Positions 18,376-50,565 of a stretch of DNA of 64,000 nt are shown here, piece by piece. The position numbers and the translations under genes are program-made. The notes beneath the pieces are model-generated. The model had not been told where the DNA came from and ran no database searches. It saw only the letters and a list, made by a program, of their open reading frames with translations. Position 1 is the stretch's first letter; the number at the start of each line of letters is the position of its first letter. The stretch lies in assembly GCF_009914755.1 (NCBI RefSeq), contig NC_060936.1; one strand, written 5' to 3'. The stretch comes from the human T2T-CHM13v2.0 reference genome, Homo sapiens.

Positions 18376-19207
18376 GGAAAAACTCAGCCCCAAACATGCC
18401 TTATCTTCCCTCCCTACCTGATTTTTCTCCTAATGCACAGGGCCCCTCACATATGGTATGTCCGGCCTATGTGTCCATTGTTCATCCTGCTTCTTTAAAA
18501 TATAAATTCCAACAGGGTAAGGATTTCATCTGTTTTGTTAACTCACATATGCCCAAAGAGTCTCTGGTACTCGATAAATATTTGTTGAATAAATGAATTA
18601 GATAGGGTGTGGTGATGGAGAGAGTCCCGCCGCCATCCCTGCCCCCATCTCTAATTCTAACGTTCTAACCCGGCTCTTGACCTTGGAGCCGGTTAACGAT
18701 GATCCTGTCTGGGCTCATTTTCCCTCCTTTTCCTGAAGAGCAGCATCCACAGGCCCTCACTCAGCTCAGTCCCTTTTAACCCTTGTCTGCTGAGAGTTTG
18801 AGATAAAGGGGGCCACGAGAGAAGACAATGAATCCATTACAATGTGTGATGAGCTGTCTGCTCTGTGGCTTCCCACAGCAATTTATCATGACCTGGAACC
18901 ACAGCTGTGAGGCCGGGTGTGCCCCCGCCAGGACCTCACTCCCCAGCTGCTTCAGAAGGGAACATTTACAGGAACCTGTCCATACCTATTTAATGAACAG
19001 CTGCTCGGATGCAGCCCTGTCCCAGGCACTCAGCCAAATGACAAATGAACTATATAATCATTCATTCATTCGATGATTCATTCATTCTATGATTGATTGA
19101 TTCATTCATTCATGTGGTTGTCAAACATTCATTGAGCACCTACTATGTGCCAGACACTGTACCTTGCACTGTGGCCCTTAATATCAGAGATGTCAATGTA
19201 TGATAGA

Positions 19208-19730
<523 letters not shown>

Positions 19731-20102
19731 AGACAAGTATATTTTCCTCAAATTATCAGAGAAAAAAATGCTTTTATTTTTGCTGTTTCCTCCTTCTCTC
19801 CCTCTCTCTCTCCCCCTACATACCTACCTACCTGGCTAGTTAAATTGGAAAGCAAAAGCATAATTACAGCTAACATTTGTAAATAGCACATAGTAAGGGG
19901 TCATTTTATCTTGGTTATTCTCGCAACAACTATATGGGCAAAATGCCACCAATGTTCACTTTACAGATGAAGAAATCAAGGCCCAGAGATGCTAAGCAAG
20001 TTGTCCAGGGTCACACCAAGATGAAGGGGCAGAGCTGGGGTTCAAATCCAGGTCCATATGACTCCAGAGCCCGGGTGCCACCAGATTAAGATTAAGATTA
20101 AG

Positions 20103-20367
<265 letters not shown>

Positions 20368-20642
20368 ACTGTGCCACACTCCCTGGCACAGAGCCTCACA
20401 CATTGTAGTGAGCAATAAACATTTATTACCTCAGTGAATGAACACAAGAATGGGGCAAGGATTCTGAGAAAGGCCTGGAGAAGCATAGGCTGCAATTGGA
20501 GGCTTGATGTTCTGGAGGGACGTGTATTATCTTAATTATTTCCATCCATCAGTCCATCCATTCATCGATCCAGCCACTCATTCACCAAGCATTCCCCAAA
20601 CACCTGAGTTGTGTCTGGCACCTAGGAGGAATTCTGGTTTCA

Positions 20643-27480
<6,838 letters not shown>

Positions 27481-29459
27481 TAAGGATTAACGGACACGTG
27501 GGAAGGACTGTTTCAAGCACGCTTCTATTACCAATTACCGGGTAGGGATATGACCCACACTCTGGGTAAATGGTGGCTCACCTACAGATTCTCATTCCAG
27601 CCTGTGAGATGGAGAAAGGGAAGAGTGGGGTGTGCTCTTTATTTTTAAGGTCCTGACCTCTGCATACAAAGTTCCCTCTACTTCCTGACCTGAGTAAGAC
27701 CTGGCTCTTCCCTGACAGTCCTCGAAGCCCTTCCCAGGGGATGGTAGTCCGTCTCCCACCCCCATGGTGTCCTCTATGCTCCACACCTCTATTTCCAGAT
27801 CCATAGTCCTCCATCTTGAGTAAGCACTGAGGCTCCTGACATCTAGCTGTACCACCTTCTGTGCCTTCTCATTGATGATGCCTACTCATCAATCAATCAA
27901 TCAACTGTTATTCTCAGAGGGCTTTGGCAACTGGCTTACCTTTCTCGCCCCAGTTCCTACCGCCATATTGGTGACTTTAATGACCCAGGACCTGGCCGAA
28001 CTCCTGGCCCTTCAGCTCCTGTCCCTTCTTATTCCAATGACCTTCACCTCCACTCTACTTTAGCCACCATCTCCCTGGACCATGTACTGGCCCTCAGTTT
28101 CTCCTGGAACGAATCTTCCTCTAAAGTCTCACATTTCTCTGATCACAGACTTGTACCTTCTGTTCTTTTGATCATTCCAGCTTAGCAGTTCTTCGAACTC
28201 CAGGATCCCTTGGCCCTTCCACTTTCTCCCTCTCAGGACCCTCCTTCCTCCAATTCCTTTCCCATCCAGCCTAGATTCCATGATCTTTGCTATACCCAGT
28301 CATGGATGTTGTGAATGACTCCCCAACATCCATTCCAACCCAGACGGTTGGTCCAAGTTGGTCATGGTCATTCCCTGTCTCTTATCAGGAGAGAAACAGT
28401 CATGTGACTCACTTCTAGTTCTAGAGGGTAGAGTGAGGTGGGGTAAAGAGGACTCTGGGAAAGATTTTCCCATGAAAGAGACAAAAGAACTGATGATCTT
28501 TCCTCCTGAGGATGAACCCAGCAACAAGGGTGGCAGTGCATAGAGACAGGAAGAACCCAGATCTTTGATGATGTTGTCAAACCACTAAATCAACCCCATC
28601 TGAAGTATCTTCCCCCAGGATATCCCAATACATGAAATAATAATTTATTTCATATTTAAGCCAGCTTGAGTCAGGCATTCTGCTACTTTCAGACAAAACA
28701 CCCTAAATAACTTAATTTGCAACTTGCAGCAAAAGCCCAGTCCTGGATCAATGTAAATTTCCTTCCATTCTGTTTTTATACCTGTTCTGCTTAGACTGGT
28801 GGAGAAAACAATAGGTCCTCAGTCCTCCAGAAACCTCAGACGTCTCTCTACCCATCCACCATTAGGAGAGCGTTTCCCCATCCATCTCCAGCCTTTGTTT
28901 AGGGTTGCAGAAGACCTGCGTTGTTATGTGAAGTGGCCAGCTGTCTTGACTAGGAAATAGATATTTTTTAAAGTTCCCAAGGATAGCATGGATATTTGGC
29001 TTGGGTAGAGGGGAACAGAGGGAAGATCTTGAGGTTAAAAGAAATCCAGCATTCATAAGGAGGTAGGGTAGTTATACTCAGATTAAGTTGAATGAACGAA
29101 GTCATTCCCAGTGGCTGAGTTGAGTTAGGGGACAAAGAGAAGCTTCCTGCCCCGTGTTGTGGCCTGGCAGGGGTGCAAGCCCCAGGGGAGGGTGACCTAT
29201 GGGCAGAGCAACTGAATCAGCCTTTTGCTCCTGTATCTTGGACCTGACTAGCTACTGTCCCAGTAACACATGTCAACACCATAACAAACATAGTAGATAC
29301 CAATGATGACACATCTTAAAACTATGTGAACCAGTTGGCAAGTCCTGGTGGTTACTGAGTGTGGAGGTAGGAGGCGGTTCCTATTGGTGGGAAGGCCCAG
29401 GCCTCTACCATAATCTCAGTCACCTAGACTGTTGGCAATAACAAATTCATGGTCTCTAA

Positions 29460-35540
<6,081 letters not shown>

Positions 35541-35594
<54 letters not shown>
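35541..35594 (+). repeat. (GAAA)n microsatellite in an Alu tail, ~2.1 kb upstream of the P2RX7 ATG
   Basis: Directly visible. Confidence 0.95.
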
Positions 35595-35595
<1 letters not shown>

Positions 35596-37079
35596 GAAAG
35601 AAGGAAAGAAAGACAAGAAAATAGATGTCTTTGAGTGGTAGCAAGAGCAACACTGAAGTGATTTGCCTATTCTGGACATTTCCTATAAATGGAGTCGTAA
35701 AAGATGTATCCTTTTGTGTCTGGCCTCTTTCACTTAAGCGTAGTGTTTTCAAGGTTCATCCATGTTGGAGCATGGGTCAGTGTTTCATTCCTTTTTATGG
35801 CTGAATAATATTCCCTTGTATGGACTTTCGTGCTTTTGTGTATCCATCCATCAGCTGATGGACATTTGACTTGTCTGCCTGTTCACTGCCATATCTACTA
35901 TTCCTGGTGCTCTTGGGAATGAGTGAATGAATAGCATAAACAGAGCTGTCCAAGGTCACAGAGCTGGTAAGATGTGAAGCCAGGATCGGAAGCCAGGCCA
36001 TTAGTCCCCTAGAGCCTATGTTCTAAGCATCAGGCTTTACCTGTGAATCTCCTCTTTTTACAGATGAAGATGACTGTATCACTCAGATTCCCGGCAGGAA
36101 AGCAATGGCATACTCAAGTGGGGTAACTAATGATGGAACCATTTACAAAGGTGTGGACAGAGTTAAGAAAAAGCAATAGGAGATAGTGAGCTTCCTGGGG
36201 CTGGTAAGAGTGGGGAGCCCTTACCACTCCCAGGACTAAAGGAGGGAGTGGTGCCCAGAAGCCCTGCCTATATGCAACTGAGAAGGGCAGGGCCAGGGAG
36301 TCACGTCCATCCTCACTGCTCTCCAGTCTCCTGAACTGGAAGCCAGAAGGTGAGGGGAACCCTGATGCAGTTTGTATGTGTGAGAAAGTACAATTAGTTT
36401 AGACTGAAAAACTGAAAATCTACCCGGCCACTTAGCAGGCTGGAATAACAGAAATGGATCAAGCCAGCTGTAAAGATAACAGGGAACAATAATTCTCTGT
36501 AGCTGTAAAGTGATAATACAACCCTGCATCTTTGAGTGACTGCTGAAACATTGTCCTTTAAAATCAGAGACCTTCAGAAACTTCGCTGTTTGAAATTACA
36601 TGACTAAGACTGAAATATTCCAATTTTGCCTGGAAGATTTAAGTCATCTTGACACAGAGAAGCAGCCTCAATTTACAACTCAGGAGCAGAGCTTCAGATA
36701 AAGATTTTCTGGACACATTTGACATGTATCTTAGCTATGTTGCTTCCTAGGAAACAGGGCCCTGGGTCCTCTTTGCAATCCAGACTGAAGTTGACTGCTT
36801 TGTACAAACCTGTTTTGCTTTGAGTCCATCAAAACATGACTTCATTTAGATTTTATCTCAACTCCACTTTCCTCGGAATCCTATACTAAATTGCTGTTTT
36901 CCTTTGTTTGGTGATGTGCGTAGCTCTTCTGGTGGGTGGTGTCCCTCACTGAATAGGTCAACAAACCTAACTTTGTTGGACTGCCACTGTGTCCCTGGTG
37001 ATCTTTGGCTGATTGGTCTAGGTCATAGATCGACCTGCCGGGGTGCAGAGGAGGGTGGAGAGTAACTCAGAGGGTCAAG

Positions 37080-37723
37080 CATGAAAGATCTGGCAGAAAA
37101 ATAAAGCCCCTCCACCCCCACCACCCCTACCCCTGCAAATCTGATTTCCCCCACCAACTGCAGACCAGAGTATTATAAGGGGCGGTGGAAGAAGAGGGGG
37201 AGATCTTCATTTACCCAGAGCTCCTATACATCAGGGGCTGAATAAAGGGTTGTAGAAATGAATGAATCAATCTCTGAGTGGGGCTTCAGGCAGTGGAAAG
37301 ATCTCAGTCCTTTTCTGAGGCATAATGGAAGCTCCCAGTCTTGTGACATTTGCAAGGCTGCCCCTTTCTCCCAAGAGACATGAGACCAAAAAAGTGAAAG
37401 GAAAGGGGGGAAAAGGGAGAATTCTGAAAATGCCCATCCTCTGAACACCATCTTTGTGTAGGCATCTGGGGGAGGCCAGCTGGGGTGAGGTCATCTGCCA
37501 GCCAGGCCCGTAGGACTTGGCGCTTCTTGTTTATCACAGCCACATGTGGGGCCACTGCCAGGGCCCGCCCCAACTCTGCAGTCATTGGAGGAGCTTGAAG
37601 TTAAAGACTCCTGCTAAAAACCAGTACGTTTCATTTTGCAGTTACTGGGAGGGGGCTTGCTGTGGCCCTGTCAGGAAGAGTAGAGCTCTGGTCCAGCTCC
37701 GCGCAGGGAGGGAGGCTGTCACC
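37080..37723 (+). promoter_or_regulatory. P2RX7: P2RX7 proximal promoter and 5'UTR
   Basis: Repeat-poor sequence upstream of the ATG. GC box CCCGCCCC 37564-37571; Inr-like TCATTTT with A at 37633 (91 nt before the ATG); IRF-E-like AAAAGTGAAAG at ~37390-37400; TATAAG followed by GGGGCGG at 37174-37185. Confidence 0.75.
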
Positions 37724-37848
37724 ATGCCGGCCTGCTGCAGCTGCAGTGATGTTTTCCAGTATGAGACGAACAAAGTCACTCGGATCCAGAGCATGAATTA
37801 TGGCACCATTAAGTGGTTCTTCCACGTGATCATCTTTTCCTACGTTTG
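37724..37848 (+). CDS. P2RX7: P2X purinoceptor 7, coding exon 1 (aa 1-42; N-terminus and most of TM1)
   Basis: accATG at 37724 encodes MPACCSCSDVFQYETNKVTRIQSMNYGTIKWFFHVIIFSYV, the recognised human P2X7 N-terminus. Donor TG|gtaagt at 37848/37849; 125 nt, phase 2. Confidence 0.99.
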
Positions 37849-38309
37849 GTAAGTGGGATCTGGGGAGGACCCAGATCTCTGCAGTGGCCGACAGCACAGA
37901 AAGCCCCAGCGGGCAGCTTCAGGTGCACATTCTGAATCTCACATGGTTTTCGAATCTGAGACGTGCTCTCACAGCCAGCTGGGCGGGAGGGAGGAAGCAG
38001 CAGCAGGCAAGAGGAAACGGTGCCAGGCTGCAGCAGAGAGAAGCCACAGGACAAGCGGGATTCCTTTCTGCTCTACTTCAGGCCCGCCAGGGCGCGCAGG
38101 GCAGGGCGTGCCTGGGGAAGGTAGGAAAGCGCAGGGCAACACCCTGGATCCCCAGGGAGGAGGCGAGGATCTCAGGGCACGCCTGGTGATCATGCTGGCA
38201 TCTGAGTCACCATGCTTGGGAGGAATAGGACCAGGCTTGAAAATGTGTTATAACTTTAGGTCCTCACCAACGTCAGGAAGGCCCTGCTTTTTGGTTTTTG
38301 TTTCTTCTA

Positions 38310-39586
<1,277 letters not shown>

Positions 39587-40436
39587 TAGAGTGGCAGTGT
39601 AGTTTACTAAGAGTTAGGGTAACTTATTTCATAGTACTGGCTATGTCTTCTGGGCCAAGTCATTAACTTCTCTGAGCCTCAGTTTCTGCATCTGTTCATA
39701 GGGTTGTGGCAATTAACCAAAAAAAAAAGGCATGAACAGCCCTTATCATGATGACTGACATAGGATAAGAGCTCCATAACTAGTATCTATTTTTAAAAAT
39801 AATCTTTTTAAGTCTGGGAGTGGTGGCTCACACCTGTAATCCCAACACTTTGGGAGGCCGAGGCGGGTGGATCACGAAGTCAGGAGTTTGAGACCAGCCT
39901 GGCCAATATGGTGAAACCCCATCTCTACTAAAAATACAAAAATTAGTGGGGAGTGGTGGTGCACACCTGTAATCCCAGCTACTAGGGAGGCTGAGGCAGG
40001 AGAATCGCTTGAACCCGGAGGCGGAGGTTGCAGTGAGCCGAGATCAAGCCACTGCACTCCAGCCTGGGTGACAGAGCAAGACTCCATCTCAAAATAATAA
40101 TAATAGTAATAATTTTTTTGATTATATAATAGTATATATGTATATAAAATACATGTATGTATTTTTATCTATATCCTCTGCTCTGACCCTCAAAGTAACC
40201 ACGTCCAAGTTCAGGATTTGAAATCTGGAAACGTGGATTCAAAAATCCTTCACCTCTTTGAGCCTTGGTTTCATCATCTGTAAAATGGGGAGAATTGTTG
40301 ATAGGAATATTAAATGAACTAATAAATGCAAAGCTGTTTGAGAAATATATGGCATATAGTAATCCCTGATTAAGTGTTAGTTCTTATTATTAATAATGCT
40401 ATTATTAGGATTATTATTATTCGATTCATATGTTTA

Positions 40437-40863
<427 letters not shown>

Positions 40864-41259
40864 TTATATATTTATATTTTTTATATATTTATATATATTT
40901 ATATGTATTTTATATATTTATATATATGTGCTGAAATCTAAAATAAGACATATCACTTAAACCAGCTATCACAGGACCAATGGTAAAGAGCATAATTAGT
41001 AAATGCCCCCTTCTGCATTAATACGTAGATTGTATGTCACAATTTCATGTAGCAGGTGATGGGGCTTCCTGACATTCTTGGGCCCAGCATACAATCTTTT
41101 TATTTCTTTTTTAGAGACAGGGTCTCATTGTGTTGCCCTAGGCTGGAGTGCAGTGTCATTATCACAGCTCGCCACAGCCTCAACTTCTCAGGCTCAAGTG
41201 ATCCTCCCGCCTCATCCTCCCAAGTAGCTGGGACCATAGGCACACGCCATGATGTCTGA

Positions 41260-41442
<183 letters not shown>

Positions 41443-41469
41443 TGAGTTGAGTCTCACTCTGTCACCTAG

Positions 41470-41626
<157 letters not shown>

Positions 41627-43738
41627 TAGTTGTCCAGGCTGGTCTTGAACTCCTGAGCTCAAGCAATCCACCCGCCTTGGCCTCCCAAAGTGCTGGGATT
41701 ACAGGTGTGGGTCACCATGCCCAGCCTTCAATTTCTTCAGATTATTGTATAATAATAAAATTTCTAAAAACAGATTACTATGAGAACACCTTGTAATGAT
41801 AAATATTTTTCTTTCACATGGTGAAATCATAACTTACATGTATTTAACTCCCTCAAATTCAGTTATACATGTTCCATGGGGACATGGAGAGAGAGAGAAC
41901 AATATAAATAATGCAATGATTCAGCAACCGGGTTCGCTGGAGTAGGTGTGAGATGGGATACTGGCATCTGGTGTTCCCTCCGTCAATCTCTGTTCCCACG
42001 TGCTTTTTAGCGAGCATCTTGCTGCTCTACTTATTAATCTAGGTACATATTTTTCAGCCACATGACCCCTAAAATAAGTCAACTCCTTCACCTTCACCTG
42101 GAGCAAAACTGTAAAAACAGCAACTTGTTCTAGATCTGGAGGCAAAATTGGTTCCAGCAGACCCACTGGGAAGTGGGAGGTGTTTGCTATGCTTTGTGGA
42201 CAATTTAAGTGTTTAAAAGGCAATTTTGATGAGCCATGATTTTCATCTTAAGTGCCAACTTTAGAAGATAACCTTCATATAAAAGTTTCTCTACAGTTTG
42301 TATTTTAAAATATAAAATGGAAGAAAAAACTATCACCAGCTTTGCTTTTTTCCTCTTGGTTAATGGACTATCTATTAACGTCTCACTAAATGGCCAAATG
42401 GAGTCTCACAGTACACAGTTTGGGAAATGCTGCCTTAAGTTGCTCTGTGAAGCCTTAAGTTCGTGTAACCATGACTTAGCCATCTGTGAAATGGGTAGAC
42501 CCATGGGGCATAGGAATTGGGGAATGTATTTTGCATCAAGTAGGACTGGTGTGGACCACAGGTGGAAATCCAGACAGGCTCGAGCAATGTTCAGGATACA
42601 GCAGCAAGTGACAGGTTCTGGCCAGCTGTCCCTACTGGGGCTGCAAGGACTAAGAGCCAGGATAAGGAGACAGGGCCTCGGTTATTGAAAATGGGATACA
42701 AAGCAGGGACTGGTTATGGCGGAAATTAACCAAGAGGCTGTTCAGCTTCTTCTATTCTCACAACCAATTCAGATCTGGATTCAAAGGCAGGGATGCAGCT
42801 ACAAGAGGAGTTTGTGTTGGAGGTCTGTGTAGATAGGATGCTAAGCAGGTCTGTGTCAGCCAGGATCGTTTGGGCAGTAAGTGACAGAAACCCAACTTAC
42901 GTTAACCACAAAGCCTCAAAGGGGAATTTATTGGATCATGTAACTGGCCAGTTGAAGAGATGGTGCTGTCCTCGGACGTGGATGAAGATAAGAGTTCAAA
43001 CTGTGTCATCAGGACGGATCCGTCTCCCTACATCCTGGCTCCATTTGCTTCTATTTGGCTTCCTTCTTGAACAACTCTGTATGTACAAGATATCCTCACA
43101 TTCTCTTCTTTTAACAACCTCAGAGGAGCAAACAAGTCTTTCCTGATAGCTCTGCTAAGAAAGTCCCAGGAAAGACTCTGATTGATCAGATGTGAGTTAC
43201 AGATCCATCCCTGAACCAATCACTGTGGCCAGGGCCAAGGTGTCATCCCATTGGCCAGCCTGGGTCATGTGCTGGCTCCCGTAGCAGGAAGTAGGGAGAA
43301 GACGAGGGAGCCGTGTGAGCCCTACGTGAACCACATCCAGTGGATTTTCCTTAGGAAGGAAGATTCTGTGACCAGACCAAATGGAAAAGGAAGTGGGGAG
43401 GGTAGGCAGACAAAAATCGGTGATCTATTACAAGGTCTTTCCAAAAGCCAGAAATTAGGGATTTCTAAGTGTACCTCTCTAGTCCTGGCTTGTCTCAGCC
43501 CTGCAGCTGGGCTGTGGAGACTCCATCAGCAATTGCTGACCCCCTATTCTTACCTCGGCCCCTTCCTGAGTCCCACCAGGAGCCCTGCTCCTCATCTGGG
43601 ACATGCTTCTTGGCCCATGGAGGTTGACAGCTCACCTTGGTACTTTACTACTATTTGGTTTCTGTGACCACCAAGCTGTTGCTTAAACCAAGCCGCCTAT
43701 GGTGGCACCACTTTGGAGAATTCTTTTTTATTTTTTGA

Positions 43739-44335
<597 letters not shown>

Positions 44336-47300
44336 TAAAATGGAGCTCCTGGCTGGACACCTGTTTCCCAGTGGGTGGCCACAAACCTGTGAGTCTGGGC
44401 CTCCTCCAGCTGAGTAGAAGTGAGCCCAGCACAGAGGCCGGGGAGGCCCCAGACGCCAGGAGGAGCAAATCCAAATCCAACCCAAGCATGGCCCCTCTGA
44501 CCCTGACCATCTTTTTTTTTTTTTTTTTTTTGAGACAGAGTCTCCCTCTGTCACCCAGACTGGAGTGCAGTGGCACGATCTTGGCTCATTGCAACCCCCA
44601 CCTCCTGGGTTCATGCGATTCTCCTGCCTCAGCCTCCCTAGTAGGGACTACAGGCATGCACCACTACACCCAGATAATGTCTGTATTTTTAGTAGAGATG
44701 GGGTTCTGCTATGTTGGCTAGGCTGGTCTCGAACTCCTGGCCTCAAGCGATCCGTCCGTCTTGGCTTCCCAAAATGCTGAGATTACAGGTGTGAGCCACT
44801 GCGCCCAGCCTGCCCCTGACTGTCTTCAGAAAAGTAGAAGCAGGAGGTCTGCCACATTCTCATCCCACCCTTGACACCTGGGTGATGTGCTAGAGCTTGA
44901 GGGGAAGGTCAGAGGTAACCCAGTTCGGGAAGTGACCCCGTAGGAGGAGAAGAATCCAGCCATGTGACACACAGTACGAAGAGAACAGTAAATGCAAAGA
45001 CCTGGAAACAAGAGGAACAGCAAGGACAGCATGTCCCAGAACCTGGGGAGAGAGGAGGGAGCAGCCGGAGCTGAGGGCAGCTCAGGGGAAGAGTTGCTAT
45101 TTGATTTTCAGTGCATGGGAAGCCACTGAAAAGTTTTATGCAGAGAAGTAAAACCATCTCACTCATGTTTCTAGAAGCCTTATGGGCCACTGTGCAGAGC
45201 ATAGAGTGTGGTGGGACAAGAATGACGGTGAGGAACCAGTGAGAAGGTTCCTGGAGTCACCAGATGCGAGGAGATAGAGGCTTGGGCTAGAATGGGCTGG
45301 CGGAGCTGGAGAGAGGTGGACAAAGCTGAGATGTGTTTTGGAGGCAGAAATGATAGATTTGCTAGGAGGTGAAAGATGGCTCTAGATTCCTGAGGAACGA
45401 TGATGCCTTTTACCAACCTGAAGAAGACCAAGGAGAGGCTTGAGGACTAACACGGAACTGTGAAGGAGGCCAGGCAAAGGTGGAGACTGCCGTGAGCTGT
45501 GATCACGCCACTGCACCCTCGCCTGGGTGACAGACTGAGAACCTGTCTTAAAATATATATGTAATAAAAAATAATAAATAAAGGGCCAGGCGTGGTGGCT
45601 CAACGCCTGTAATCCCAACACTGGGAGGCTGAAGCAGGTGGATCACCTGAGGTCAGAAGTTCAAGACCAGCCTGGTCAACATGGCGAAATCCCATCTCTA
45701 CTAAAAATACAAAAATTAGCCAGACATGGTGGCACATGCCTGTAATCCCAGCTACTTGGGAGGCTGAGGCAGGAGAATCACTTGAACCTGGGAGGCAGAG
45801 GTTGCAGTGAGCCTAAATCACACCACTGCACTCCAGCCTGGGCAACAGAGTGAGACCCCATAAATAAATAAATAAATACATAAATAAAGGATATCAGGCA
45901 AGCAATTAAAACACCTGCCTACTACCATCTATCCGCATCCTTTTTTTCATGTCTAACACCAAAACACCAAAATAGCTGGAAACATATCATGTCAAAAGAT
46001 AAGCATGATTCTTTCAAATGAATGGCTGTGGACTTATGAAAAGCTGCCTCCGCATCTGATTTTCTTGTTTCAAGGGGTAATGATGGAGGTTTCTCTCCTG
46101 CACCTGCAGGCCTCCGGGGATGCTGCCCCAGTGCAGCCTCCCACCCTGGGCTGGAGCCTCCCAGCCCCGCTGCATGGGTAGCACAGTGTTGGGAAGAGGA
46201 AGGAGCAGTTTGTCTGGCTTTTTCACAGGCCCACAGCTGGCCGGTACAGTGGCAGAGAAGGCGAGGCTGAGGTGGGGCTGGGGAAGCCAGCAGGGGCCTG
46301 ATCATGGAGCGCCTTGAGCTGCATCCCACAGGTACTGAGAAAGCATGGAGAGCTGTCCCCCAGCCCCCAGCATCTTATTAGAAAATATTGAAACATAACA
46401 GAAAACATGAAGGGTTTTATGTTCATATTTTCATTTTAGAGAGATCATTCTGCTTGAAATATAACACCTACTGAGTACTGCTGAGGACTTAGCATGTGCC
46501 GGGTTCTGTTCTTAGCATGTGACATGTATTGGCCTATTTGATTCTCCTACATAATCCTGGAAGATTGGTTGTGGGAGTGGGTGATCATGACCTGAACAGC
46601 CTAACCATGTTTAGGGAACACTCTGTGTTATGCGTTCCACCACACAATCCATGTCACAGCTGAATGTCCCAGTTTCCCTTGCAGCTAGGACACAACAGGA
46701 GACCCAAGCTTTCCAAACATATGCCCCAGGCAACACTTTGATACACAAGGAATAACACTGGATGCTGGGTGTGCACAGAATTCAAATTCAGGAATGGAGG
46801 GAAGTACTGCCCTTTGACCCATACAATAGGGGATCCCCTTCCTTGGACCCCATGGCTTAGAGGGCCCCACTCTGTCCCTCTGCAGACTGTGAGCTGCCCT
46901 ATGGAATGAGGGGTGTCTGAGGCTGTATTAGTTTCTATTTGTTACACAGCAGTGGAAACTAATACAGTCCCACAGGCCTAAATCAAGGCGTCAGCAGGCT
47001 GAGTTCCTGCCTGGAGACTCTGGGGAAAATTCACTTCCAAACTCATTTTTGTTGTTGGCAAAATTCAATCCCTTGAGGCTGCAGGACTGGGCTCTGCTCC
47101 TCACTGGCTGTCAGCCTGGGGCCACTCTCAGATTCTGAAGTCCTCCCACATTCCCTGCCACATGGTCCTCTCCATCTCCAAGCCTGCTATGACACAACGC
47201 ATTGTTCTCATGCTTCAAATCTCTGACTTCTCTCCCGGGACCAGAAGAAGAATACTCTCTTCTTTTAAGGGGCTCATGTGATTGGGTCAGGTCAACTCTA

Positions 47301-47949
47301 TCATATCATGGAGTCTCACCGTCTTGCCCAGGTGGGTCTTGAACACCTGGGCTCAAGTGATCCTCCTGCGTTGGCCTCCCAAAGTGCTGGGATTACAGGC
47401 GGGAACTGCTGTGCCCAGCCAAGGCCAGCATCTTCAGACTTCTCTGCCCTGTTTTCACATGGTCTTCTCCTCTTTGTGTGTGTGTCAAATCTCCTTCTGC
47501 CTCTCTTATAAGGACGCGTGTAATAGCACTCAGGGCCCACCTGGATGACACAGGGTCATCTCGCCATCTCAAAATCGTTAACTTTGGCCAGGTGCAGTGG
47601 CTCATGCCTGTAATCTCAGCACTTTGGGAGGCTGAGACAGGTGGATCACTTGAGGTCAGGAGTTCAAGACCAGCCTGGCCAGCATGGTGAAACCCTGTCT
47701 CTACTAAAAATACAAAAGTTAGCTGGGCGCGCACCTGTAGTCCCAGCTACTCAGGAGACTGAGGCAAAAGAATCTCTAGAACCTGGGAGGCAGAGACTGC
47801 AGTGAGCCAAGATTATGCCACTGCACTTCCAGCCTGGGGGACAGAGTGAGACTTCATCTCAAAAAAAAAAAAAAGATGACTGGGCACGGTGGCTCACATC
47901 TGTAATCCCAGCATTTGGGAGGCCCAGGTGGGCAGATCACCTGGGTTCA

Positions 47950-48719
<770 letters not shown>

Positions 48720-48916
48720 TTAGTAAATTTCCCAAGTTGTGCAACCATCATCACAATCCAGTTTCAGAACATTTCATCAGCCCAGTAAGAGCCCTCACAC
48801 CCATTAACAGTCACTCCCCACTCCCACTTCCTCCTGGTGGTTGCTCAACCCAGGTAACCATGAATCTATTCTCTGCCTCTGGAGATTTGTCTTTTCTGGA
48901 CAATCTTTCTTCTTAA

Positions 48917-49277
<361 letters not shown>

Positions 49278-50232
49278 TAATATCCTCTTATTACAAAAGA
49301 AGAAACAATGACTCAGAAAGATTAAGTCACTTACCCAAGGTCATGTAGTCAGTAAGCAATAGAGCTGAGACTGAACCTCACTCCAAAGTCTATGCTCTCA
49401 CTAAAGTATTGCAGTGTAGAGAGTAGAGGGGACAGGGTGAGACTGGAGGAAGGGAGGGCATTTAGGAGACTATTGGGATGTCCAGATCTGAGAGCTGTTG
49501 GCGACCTGGACTGGGGAGGTGATAGAGGCAGAGGAGAGAAGTAGATGAATTTGAGCATATTAGGAAGTGAAACAGTAGGATTTGGCAACTGAACGGGTGA
49601 GTGGACAAGAAGGAGAGGATGAGTCAAAGAGTGCACCATGCTTCTGGCTTGGGCAACTGATGGGTACTGGAATAACTTGCTGGGATAGGAAATGCAGGAG
49701 AAACAGCCAATTTGGGGTGGAAGATGAGGTCAGGACTAAAGGCATTGAGTTTGAGGTGTCTATGGAATGTACAAATGGAGATGTTGAATGGATGGTTGGA
49801 TATACGAATCTGCAGCTGAGATGTAGGTTTCTATATCACCAGCATATAGACGGCAACCAGAACCCTGGAAGAAGGTGCAACCGACCAGCAAGAGAAGATG
49901 TAGATGAGAAAGCAAAAGGGCCTAGAACACGCCCCAAAGGAGTGCTAACCTTTAAGGCGTGGGAGCGCAGAAGTCCCCAAAAGATTCTGAGGAGTAGCCA
50001 CGGCGATCCAGTGAAAGTCAGGCACAAGTGGACTCCTGCAAGCTAAGGGAAGGAGGCGAGGGAAGTGGGGCATGGTCACAGTCAGTGTCAACTGCTGCTG
50101 AGAGTTCCAGGAAGGTCAGGTCCATGGTGTATCTATTGGATTTAGTGACAACGACATTGTTGTTTACTTGGCAAGAGAGGCTTTAGAGAAGGGATGGGGG
50201 TGGGAGCCAGACTAGAGTGGGTAGAGGAGTGA

Positions 50233-50565
<333 letters not shown>

